A stretch of DNA of 64,000 nt. Origin: Antedon mediterranea (taxonomy: Eukaryota > Animalia > Echinodermata). The translations under genes were made by a program, and so were the position numbers. The stretch is from assembly GCF_964355755.1 (NCBI RefSeq), contig NC_092675.1:25950912-26014911 (forward strand), in the 5' to 3' direction. Below the pieces are notes generated by a model. It was not told the DNA's origin, made no database searches, and saw only the letters and a list, made by a program, of their open reading frames with translations. Shown here one piece after another: positions 13,901 to 24,054 of this stretch (position 1 is its first letter; every line of letters begins with the position of its first letter).

Positions 13901-16900
13901 CAAAAACCACAGAAAACTAGTTAGCTCTGCATTTTACATATTTTTTCCTGTATGATAACAGACAGCATCAGATAGTTGGACAATACAATACCAGTCAGAG
14001 GTTCGATGTTTAAGAGTGGATGTCTTTATTTTCTGTTTGAAGTTATACATTAATAATTGCATTCTATAAATCTCTCTATCTACTATCAAACCAGTTTGAC
14101 AAAACTGTGGTAGTTATATAATTTGATATGGTAGTAATATGACATCATCATGTCCATATATGGGCACATCACATTTTGTTGTCACCTAAAGTTTGATAGT
14201 GTACACAGAGATTTAGACCTGCATTTCTACAGAAATAAAAAGTTAATTTGTTAGGGATCTTTTGTTTATATTATGTTGTTGTTGTTGTCACATACAATTT
14301 GATAGACGTGTAGAATGAGGTTAAAGAAAGTTTAGCAGAAATCAGTTTTGTTTCTTTATTTTACAGAGTTCTCCACATACAAGATGGATGGCATATGAGA
14401 CGTTATTGTATAATTCTTTCTCTGAGAAGAGTAATATGCAAGTGCTACATTTTGTTCAGAATAATTATTTGTAAAGCTGTATTATAAATATTGATCAAAT
14501 TAGTAGAGAAATATGTGAAGAAACTATACTGTTACATAACTATTGTAATGGCAACATAATCATTCTAATATAGGGATTAAGGATGTAATTTTGATGATAG
14601 TTATTATATGAATATGATTTTGATTTGATGATTATGACAATGTGATAGTGTTTATAAGGATAAATATTAATATATATAAATATTTATATTAACAGGATAA
14701 CAGAATAGGATTGGTAAATATTAATTATTAATCTTTTTTTTTTTCAAATAGCTGGTCATTTGGAATTATCTTGTGGGAAATTTTAACATTTGGTAAGTAT
14801 TGAGAATTATGCATTATTCATCTGTTTTCAACAATAATTATTTTGTGAAAAAAAAGTACAATAAAATAAATATATATTATTAATTACTAATTTCTGTTTT
14901 AATTTTAAATTGTAACCTGTCATTATTGTATGTTTCTTAGGAAATAAACCCTACAAGAATATTCAGTTGGACAAGTTACGAGGTCATCATAAGGAAGGAC
15001 TTCGACTTCCTAAACCTTCCACCATTCCTTCTGACCTGTAAGTACTGTATTTAACATAGCAATAAATAACTCTCAATTAAAGACCAAACTAGGAAATATA
15101 TAACAGTAGTCCAGAAGAACATTATGTGGTTTAAAACCTTATCAATAACAATGGAAACATCCTGCCAAAGCTTCATCTAGATTGGTTGTCAAATGGCAGC
15201 ATTCAGCAAAGAGGATATTATACAGTTTTATATTTGAGTTTTCATGAAGTAAAACGTTTTCTTTGGAACTTTAGTATTTTTCATAGTTTTGTTCGTTTCT
15301 GAATTTAGATCGACATTGTTGTCACAGTGTTGGAAGCTACAACCTAAAGACAGACCAAACTTCGAATACATCAATAATCTACTAGATAAACGGTGTGCTA
15401 ATATGGAATTACAGGTTGGTTTCAAATTTCGAAACTTTTGAATAATAATATATATTCAGATAATATTCAGATAATATTTATTTAGATAATAATGAATGAA
15501 TATATACAAAATAGAAAAAAGATATTAAAGTGAACATAGATAAAGCAGTAATTGGTAGTCATTATTATCATGGATCCCTTCTAGAAGTTAAAAACTTGTC
15601 TCGTAGGGACCCATAACAAAACACATTACTAAAAAAATAAAAATAACCTAGAATATATAATTATATAATTTAGGATAAAAAATTACAGTATAATAACATA
15701 ACTAACATCTTCTTTATAAAAATTATTTAAATTATATTTCAATAGTTTCATGATAATTATAAATGAAATAACTACCGATATTGGTAAATGAAAAAAAAAT
15801 ATGTATACATAAATTATAATTCCAGTATATATATAGTATATACTATATATACATTATATATAGTATAGATTAAAGATTGCAATAATAAACAACAACTAAT
15901 ATTTTGTGTAAGACATAAATAGTATATGAGTATAAATAATGATAATAATAAATTGACAAGTTATCAGTTACACTTACTGCTATGTTGTTCAGTAGCTGTA
16001 TTATGAATGAGTTTTTTTTATAGTAGAAGAGATACCTTCAGATCCCTTTCCTATGGGTTTCCGGCATCATTTGTTGAAAATGTCCCCTAATATGAGTGTT
16101 CCAAAGGAGCAGTCATATTGTAGTATACTCATAATTACCAGCATGACTCGATCTTTAAGAAAATAATTAGTTGTAAGTTGTTAAAGGTTTTATTTATTAG
16201 TTCTATATTTTAATCAATTTTCTCTTCATTTGTTTTTTTAGAATGTTAGTAAAAGAAAGGAGGTGTTTGCTTCCCTCACTAGGATTGGTTCAGCAAGTGA
16301 TCACATGACTGCTTCTCACATCAAACAACTCGAACACCTAACAAATACCAGTATTCAAAATGTAATTGTTAGTTGTTAGTTATAGATTGTAATGTTGTGA
16401 TGGTGGTAAAAAACATGATGATGATAATGATGATGGGGTTGATTGTCAACGGTTGTCACTGTAATTAAGCGCCTAAAGATGATTATACAAATATGATTGA
16501 TATTACAATGAAAATGATAGAGGTGATAGAAAACATTTTTGTCCAGTGTTCATAATGGTGATTTTGATGTTGTTTGAAAATGTCAGTGTTGATTGAATTT
16601 CAGCTGTGAGAAGGAAGAGGTGATTTCAGTTCACAATGTTGTTTGTCAATAATAATTATACTGGTTACATTGTCAATGTTACAATGATTTCTTGATGATT
16701 AGATTAAAGATTCAATACCTGTTCTTTCATGTAATTGTGATTATATTTTTCAGTCTTCTCCTGCTAGTCGCCTGATGGCAGTGCAGTATGCTGGTACAGT
16801 CTTCCCAGGGAATCATGTTCCATCTAAGTTTGTACTTCTTCTTGCCTGTGGTGATGAGTAAGTATACTTTTCTCTTTTACACTTTCTTTTCTCTTCTATT

Positions 16901-19900
16901 CATTTCCCTCTATTTGACATCTTTTTCCTCTTCTTTTCTTTTCTTTTTCCTTGTTTCTTTCAATTTTTTCTACTTTTTGCTCTTCCATTGCACTCTGTCT
17001 TTCCTTTTCATTTTTTTTAGCTTTCTTTTTTTCTCATCCTTTAGTTTGTCTTAGTTCTATTTTCTTCCTTTTCTTTTCCTTTAATCTTTCTTTTCTTTAC
17101 TATCTACTAAAATTTAATTGTTTTTTTTAATTTTTAAACTTTTTTTTATTAGGAATGATACAATACGTAGTGAAGCCGTAAACATTCTCCGTGCTCACAC
17201 AAAGGTCAGTGAAGCTGACATAACATCCCATCAGCCAGCTGGAACTTACATGCCATCATTTCCTGAAATGGCATTGCATCTGAGGTCAAAGGTAACAGTA
17301 AGTGGGAAATGTGGTGACTTTCAGAACAGAAATTGGAAAACACATTTCAACTGTTTTAATTTACAATTAACTTTAAAACAATTTAAACTGTTAAACATTC
17401 AATAATTGGTTGGCATGTGTTTGTTTATCTGTCCTGTCGGTTTTGTTTTTAGTGTTAATGACTGCATTATGAGGATGATTTGTTTAATTGTACGTAATTT
17501 TAATTCTTTTTGAATATTTTTCTAGGCTGCAGAAGCCATGAATGCTCCAAAGCTGAAGTCACAAGGCCCTCTTGGCACCTTTACAATCCCATTCCATCCT
17601 GGGTCTTTTGAGAAGGTAACGCATTATTGCTTGCGCTTTTGTAATCATCATTCATTATTATATTCTAAATTATGAAATTAGGTTAATTAATAGTTAAAAA
17701 TAAATAACACTTTATATTTTAAAATCTCAACTTTATTTTCAGAGGGTAACCCTCTGGCATCCAGAATGACAAACGTACTTAATTAAATTAAACTATTTAT
17801 GTGCTTTCTATAAATTTAATTTATCTTTTCTAGATATCGGTTTACTTACGAATGTGCTTAGCTTATTCTGCCGGTGTTACGCCAAATGTAAGCACCATCG
17901 AACAAAGGCAGAAACAAGGCCCTGCTCTTTATACATACATTCAAGGCCTTCTACAGAACTATAGTGGTAGTCGACACAATCCTCTCATGACATACCTAGG
18001 CCTACTGAGACAGTATGTATCAGCTATAGGAGGTGGGGCGGCTATGCTGCGTCTACTAGAACTAGCATCTATTGCACCGAGTAAAGTAGGGCCTGAGTTT
18101 GCTACCAAAACTGAGCATTTAAAGGTAGGTTTTTGATGTAGTACAAGAGTAAGTTGAGTGGCCGTGCGGTTAAGACAGTGGAACCGTAATTACATAGCCA
18201 TAACATCGGCAGGGGTTCGAGGCTCACTCACTCCATGGTTCTGGTGGTAGAACGAGTCTTCTCGGATAAGGACTATCAACCGTAGGTCCAGTGTACACAA
18301 CTAGCTCGTGTGCACTTTAAAAGAACCTAGTACATCTTTCGAGACGAGTAGGGGGTTACCCCGGTGTATTAGTACATCACAGCCACTGATCACCAACTGG
18401 GCCCTCTGGGAGACCAGTCTTTGACTGAAGAGGTCGCCCAGTATAAATATAAAACAAAACAAAACAAAAACTAGAGCAGCACCAGTATTTTCTAATTTTG
18501 TAAAGAGTAATTAACATTCATAATGCTGTTTTGTTTATATTTCTAGGCCCTAGTGGAGTCTACTGATGATAAAATGAGGGAATATGCAGCACAGATGTAT
18601 GGTATTGTTGCTTGCTATATGGAGAGGCCTAGCCTCAAGCAAGACCTTAAACATTTGATACACTCCATTGATCATGACGTAAGGGAATTGGTTATAACTA
18701 TTGCTGAAAGTTTACTTTACACCTCACTCAATAGGTTATTGGTTGGTTTGTGCATATTGATTTGTTAGTGAATTTTTGTTTTGTTTTATTTTGTTTCAGA
18801 ACTATGCTACTCAACATGGAGCCATATTGGCTCTTGGCTACATGATAAGTAAGCTGATCGAGAAAGAGAATAAGGATGGCAAAAGCTACATCCAACGTGA
18901 CAGAGACAGTCTTGATTCCTCAGAAGATGATGTTTATAACGATGCAATGAAAGCCATTGGTAAAACATGTTTTATTTTAAGAGATTGATTCTGTCAAAGT
19001 GGTGTTCAAATAGAGGAAAACCTGTAAAAATAAATGTTAAAAGTGTATAAAATTATTACAAACATTCTTTGGTTTTGTTATAGGGGCTATGCTTGAATCC
19101 ACCAATAAAGATTTAGTTTCTGCAGCCTGTGATGCCATTGCTGCTGTTGCCTCTCAAGGGGCACTGCCACTCAGTGGTGGTGGTAATGGTAGCTTCAAGG
19201 GCAAGAATAAGGGCAGTACATCAGTTACTAAGCATTATGTTGTGAAACAACTGACACAGTTGATCAGTAATGAGGGCTTTGCAGAACAGGTAAGAGCATT
19301 TAGGATTACTTCAACATTTTGTTTAAATGCCCCTCCTTTTGGATACCACTATTTAGGGTATATATGTTTTAACACTACCCCTATTATATTATTATTATCC
19401 CGAAGATATCCCCAAAATTGGGCATTCATTTTAACTGTACTTAAAACTGACCATAAGTTGTACTAGTATTAAAAAACTATCTTGGTTTTGATGATACCGC
19501 TAATTGTTTACTTTAGTTTCAAATACATTAAAATTATTATTATGTCTTAATATGTTTAGGTAAAAATAAAAGCTGCTAGAACACTTGGCAATCTTATTGT
19601 CGGTGAAGCAGATTTCCCATACAAAGAAATTGTAATGGAAGTATTAACTAATACAATTGAGGTGAGTAAATGTATTTGATCAAAGAGTCACAATAGTACT
19701 GTGATACTGTTATAATATTTTTACATTGTACATAGATGAGACAATTTAATTTGGTCATTATAGAACTATAATTGTAATGGATATCTCTTCCATCTTTCAT
19801 CAGAATTCAGCTGCCAAAAAATCAAACCACATTGAGCTTCACTTTGGCTTAGGAGATGCTTTGGGTACTGCCATGCAGGGAAGAAGTGCCCCAGAGGGGC

Positions 19901-21320
19901 GTGACCAGTGGCTTGAGGTGACAGCTTATGATGGTTTAGGAGACATAGTTAATGGAAACCTCAGTGAATGTATTGAAACATTGTTGATGGGTTTCAAGAA
20001 CAGTGACAATGAGAAGTACAAAGAGGTGAGTACAGCTCTGTCTACACTATCAAACTAGTTTGAAAAAAAGTGTGATATGCTTAAATATGATAGTGATATG
20101 ACATCATTATGTCCATGGGCACATCACATTTTTTTGTTTGATAGTGTGGACAGAGCTTTAGATGACCACGAGTAAAATGTTCATTTTATGGTTTTTGGTT
20201 AATAGCAGCTTTTCAAAATAGTGAACGAACTACTGTATTGTTTTTGATACTATCTTAAATATCAATTTGTTTTTTAGGCTGTATGTATCAGGCTTTTGAT
20301 TCTTGTAGAAATCTTTTATCAACGTGAGGAAATTCAGGTAAACAAAATTTAATTTTGATTTATAATTTTTAATACAAATATGCTATTACTATATTATTGG
20401 CTGTTTATATATAAATAAATCGAGTTTATTATCAATATTTACTAATGTTTAAAGCCATTAATTATATTTTGAGTGTCATTGAACCTTTTATTATAATTAT
20501 AATATTATTTCATATTTAAACTTTGTTTTAATTTAATTAACAGAGCCAGCTACCAGATCTTAAGAATATTATCACTCAAAAAGTTCGAGAGTGGGATGGT
20601 ATGTTCAACCGATTTATAAAAATATCTTCTTTGTACAGAAATTAAGTTCTTGATACAAAAGCAGATTTAGCCTTAAATTGTTGCTATTTGAACTCCTATA
20701 TGCAGTAGCGTACACAGGGGAAATGGTCCCTAGTTTAACACTTCTTGGGGCTGGAGAATTGCATTAGGGTTGTTTATGCTCTGGGGCACCTTAAGCTATG
20801 GTGCCCCTGGGTTTAGCCTTTTAGTGCTCATAGTTGATACGCCACTGCCCAATGTGAATTAAGTTATATTTTTTCATATTTTTTTTTCTCTTTTGGTTTT
20901 TGTTTGTTATTCATAACATATGTATGTTGAATCGACTATTATGTATTTTATCCGTTTATTTTATATTGACACTGTTGATTCGTCTATTTGTTTTTTAAAT
21001 ATTTTTATATAGTTTATTTTATATCATTGTTGTTACTTTGGGAGTACGGAACCTGAACTCTTGTTATAGTGATTAGGTTCACTTTTAGGTTCCTGCCTAC
21101 TCCCTTAGTTTCTGTGTTTTGTTTGTTTGTAACTGGTTTTTGGCAATAAATAATAATAATAATAATAATGTATAATTTTTGAAATGAACAATAATATAAT
21201 ATAGCTTATTTATTTATTTATATTCCAGGTTCTCAGCAGATACAGTATCTTCCTGAAGAGACCCAGTCTAGGTTACTTATAGCATTAAAGGCATTAAAGG
21301 CTGCTGAGGAGATTAACTAA
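1..21320 (+). CDS. Putative chimeric receptor tyrosine pseudokinase: acidic repeat / Pro-Thr stalk / 6xEGF / FN3 / TM / dead TK domain / ECM29-derived HEAT region. Multi-exon; 5' end lies outside the window.
   Basis: The hand-assembled exon chain has compatible splice phases and no in-frame stop from the acidic exon (ends 1941, ATG|gtaatt) to TAA at 21318-21320. Components are listed as separate features below. The kinase-to-HEAT junction (15414/16242, phase 0) is inferred. Confidence 0.7.
3908..5638 (+). repeat. Tandem exon+intron duplications encoding Pro/Thr/Glu mucin-like stalk units (EIPTSETVRTPPPPPPSIPPPPPFTTPRVDQNETEEVVTEYEEVTEFMTT)
   Basis: Phase-0 exons at 3908-4057, 4223-4372, 4472-4621, 4718-4867, 4967-5116, 5216-5332 and 5498-5638, each bounded by ag/gt. 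The period is ~246-249 bp and the introns are near-identical. Confidence 0.9.
5853..8968 (+). CDS. Six EGF-like domain exons
   Basis: Exons 5853-6123 (CQSNPCLNEATC), 6445-6558 (CDSDPCLNGAVC), 6740-6853 (CNESICLNGGVC), 7431-7544 (CASAPCFNDATC), 8223-8333 (CFSNPCMNGGEC) and 8852-8968 (CSFVPCLNGGQC). All show the 6-Cys pattern with phase-1 boundaries. Confidence 0.92.
6983..7089. mobile_element. Degenerate MITE family (ends CTAGTGGAAACCAAGCTT)
   Basis: Related decayed copies at ~22957-23098, ~34820-34890 and ~54436-54538 share ATTGGT...TTGCGTT...CTAGTGG..ACCAAGCT-like sequence. Confidence 0.5.
10306..10447. mobile_element. Short (~130-160 bp) MITE family, representative copy; ~10 copies in the window
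   Basis: TIR AGCTCTGTCTACACTATCAAACT and internal GTGCCCATATATGGACATGATGATGTCA. Other copies lie at ~13580-13737, 14070-14213, 20034-20158, 22564-22678, 27406-27540, 28650-28783, 29265-29350, 36045-36184 and 52990-53118. Confidence 0.85.
10548..10838 (+). CDS. Fibronectin type III domain exon
   Basis: The exon translates as QPSNFTVT...ATMTW...YSFNNLKSNTVY...FKT, which carries FN3 hallmarks. It is a phase 1-1 exon, preceded by a Ser/Thr-rich exon at 9833-9985. Confidence 0.8.
11177..11376 (+). CDS. Transmembrane exon
   Basis: Hydrophobic stretch MLFVMLALVLVILIIFVVTVMYM followed by the juxtamembrane segment TGRTQNSSSSYYPTRQK. Confidence 0.88.
11740..15414 (+). CDS. Tyrosine-kinase-like (pseudokinase) domain, 8 exons
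   Basis: Exons 11740-11941 (WEIP...VFVKKLR), 12092-12199 (AELE...HQNIVNLIGA), 12602-12792 (FEYCELGRL...ISKGLAHL), 13354-13479 (KHCLGSHNI...KVCDYG), 14367-14437 (RWMAYE), 14752-14792 (WSFGIILWEI), 14941-15037 (PY...GLRLPKP) and 15309-15414 (CWKLQPKDRPNF). Confidence 0.92.
16242..21320 (+). CDS. Diverged partial duplicate of ECM29/ECPAS (central HEAT repeats), 13 exons, ~590 aa, open frame
   Basis: Exons 16242-16361, 16754-16857, 17153-17291, 17526-17615, 17834-18124, 18547-18678, 18800-18959, 19084-19289, 19560-19661, 19804-20025, 20278-20337, 20544-20598 and 21229-21320. They are colinear with the ECM29 exons at ~39012-32909 (-). Examples: VFPGNHVPSKFVLLL vs [25 protein letters not shown] vs [18 protein letters not shown] vs MPSFQEMA. 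Confidence 0.9.
18150..18470 (+). mobile_element. tRNA-derived SINE with a Deu/Nin-like central domain
   Basis: A box (TGGCCGTGCGG), B box (GGTTCGAGGC), core GGATAAGGACTATCAACCGTAGGTCC...TTAAAAGAACC...GAGTAGGGGGTTACCCCGGTGT and an (AAAAC)n tail. The domain assignment is from recalled consensus. Confidence 0.75.
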
Positions 21321-23329
21321 AACAAGACCAAAGTTATCGCCCATTTAATGATGAAAACCCCACCAAAGCAAGAGTATCTAACTTATAAACATTTTATTTT
21401 TATATGTAATTTTAATCATTTTTCCACCAACTTTTCATTTATTTTAGATTGTTAATTATTTACATATATAAATCCAACCTGTTTAGATTTAAATTTAAAG
21501 GTTAAAATATAGTAAAAAATAAGGAAAAAATTGAAACTGTTGGAACTTCAATACCCAGTATAGACACAATTTATTTGAGCATTGTAATGTTTGTAATTAT
21601 ATAAAATTGTATGTAGTTTTTATAACTCCTGACAAAACAATATTAAAGGGAAACCTCGGTCCACAGTGTTTATTTGTATACTGTATATGGGATAAGTGTA
21701 GTTTTTTTTTTAAAGATTTTTTATATTCTCAGGAAAATATTTTAAATACATTTTTATTGGTGTCTTTACAATATTGCAAATTTTACTTCATATTCATATT
21801 TTTGTATTATCAATTATAATATGATTTTTAGCTTTTGAAACATTCCATAGTGTAAATACAATTGGTAGGTTCATTTATTTTGTATTTTTAATTGCAGTAC
21901 TTGTAGAGAAGTAGAGGTTGTGTATTTTGTCAGCTGATTATTTATAATATTGATCTGATACATTTTATGTATGTACATTATAACCAATTTTAATCAAATA
22001 TAATCACCTGGAATCATAATTAGGCCAAGAAACTGGAAAAAGAAGTCGGTTTTACAGCGTCTAAATTGTACTGTGATGTGGTATGCTGTAGGTTTTATAG
22101 AGCAAGTCTTCCCTGATGCTTCGATCAATATACCTTACTTTAACATATTAATTTCGCCACTTTGCACTTTCGCTTGTCTAGATTTAGTCAAAGGAAGTAT
22201 AATATTTAACTAAACAGATGCTAGTACTTAAATAGAGCATAAAATAAATGCAGAAAATGAAATTAACAAATTAATAAGTAAATAACATTAGAACTGATAA
22301 ATAATATAGTACATTGTTTGGTAATGTTTTAGAATTTAAGGAAGGTGAGAAACATTGTTAAAGGGACATATTTTGCTGGCTGACACATGCTGGTCAGAAT
22401 GTTAAGTATACTGTAGTGTAGCATCTCATTTTATGCAAAGTAAATAAACAATTATATATGTTTTGTAATATGTTTTAGTTATGGTTTTATTTTGTAACTG
22501 TTCAAAAAGGGCATTAACCAAAATAATAATTATTAACAGTATCTTGTATCAGACTTTATTTAAAGCTCTGTTTACACTACCAAACTTTATGCGACAACAA
22601 AATGTGATGTACACATACAGTATATGGACAATGATGATGTCACATCACACTTTTTTTTTACTAGTGTGGAGAGAGCTTTACAGTGTATTGTAGTTTTGAA
22701 TACGATGTCCAATGTATGATTGTACTTTGTCTTTCGAGCAAATTAGCACACACTTATGAATTCTATATGAAGACAAAATTTTGGGTCACATCTTGTAACA
22801 AAAAAATATCTATATACATAAATCAAACATTCTTAATTTCTAGTTTGATTGTAGATTCAACAAGAGACACTCAGTTATTAGATGTAATAGAAATGTATCA
22901 ATTTATTATGAAAACATTCTAAAAATCACTTATTGTTAATGTCAATGTTTACAAAAGAATGCAACACGGACGTAAGTAAAACGCAAGTAATTTGACCAAT
23001 CACGACATGATGAATCACTATTCTTTACATTGTGATTGGTCGAATTACCTGTGTTGCGCTGACATGTTTGTGTTGCATCCCAGTGGGAGCCAAACATAAG
23101 TACTTGCCAAAGTACTTCGCCTTATAAGTGTCCATATAAGTATGTCCTAGATGATATTAGTTCAAGTATCTTTCAATAAAAGCCATATCTGTTTTTAGGT
23201 ATAGTTATACTGTATCTAAAATTCATTGAATAATTCCAAAATTAGACTATAATCTGGAAGTGATTGGTGGGAAGTAATGTATTTAAAAATAAATTAATTA
23301 AACTTAGTATTAAATAATAGTAATTTATA

Positions 23330-23670
23330 CACTTTTCAAATCTGCAAAATGTAACAACTTGTAAGAAGTTGTAACCAGGTTTGCATAGTGTGAATACAAT
23401 TTTGCGGAAAATCTCCTATGATTTCACATGGGTCGCTTGTAAAATCTCGGAAGAAAAAAACACCAACAAGACTCCTGTGTTTTTATTCCGAGTTCTTACT
23501 GCGTGCGTGTGTATTGCCCTGGTATTAACTGACCAATCATAGTAATCAAATACATAGCGCGCAACTATTCGATTTCACAAGGCTCGCATGTGCGTGTGTT
23601 AAAACATATAACAAGTCAGGAGATCAAACCTGGTTACAACTTGTAACAATTTATGCAGATGTGAAAAGGT
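23330..23670. mobile_element. MITE with ~45-bp imperfect TIRs
   Basis: CTTTTCAAATCTGC...AAGTTGTAACCAGGTTTG at the left end pairs with CAAACCTGGTTACAACTT...GCAGATGTGAAAAG at the right end. Confidence 0.7.
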
Positions 23671-24054
23671 TATTAGTATTAAAGATACCAAAATAAACAA
23701 ATCCAATGCCATCCACAGCATTTAAAATTGATATAGTCTATTATAGTGATATAAAAACTAATATGATTATTACTATTTTCATTTTTAAATGTTCATTTAA
23801 CAGCAGCTGATATGTTTCATTGGTGATAATTCAATTTGAAAAAAAAATAAAATTTAATAAAATTAATAACATAAATCATATGATAATAGCCTATTATAAA
23901 AATAAATAAACTAATTAATATTTTGTTCTTATCAATTCAACATTGTAGCTGATATACTTAAGTTAAAATAACTGCATCAAAAAAGAATTGTGTAAAAATA
24001 ATATGAATGAAATCATACATCCTCTTATGGGATTTAAATGCTTAGTTTATTATT

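Noticed and set aside
16788-17100. Phe/Leu/Ser-rich ORF resembling a membrane protein
   Set aside because: It is an intronic polypyrimidine low-complexity tract.
18155-18235. Possible tRNA gene
   Set aside because: A and B boxes are present, but the sequence continues into a SINE core and A-rich tail, and I could not build a convincing cloverleaf.
16242-21320. Reading the ECM29 copy as a pseudogene or haplotype mis-assembly
   Set aside because: It is too diverged from the parent for an allele, its introns are unrelated, and the frame and splice sites are intact across 13 exons.
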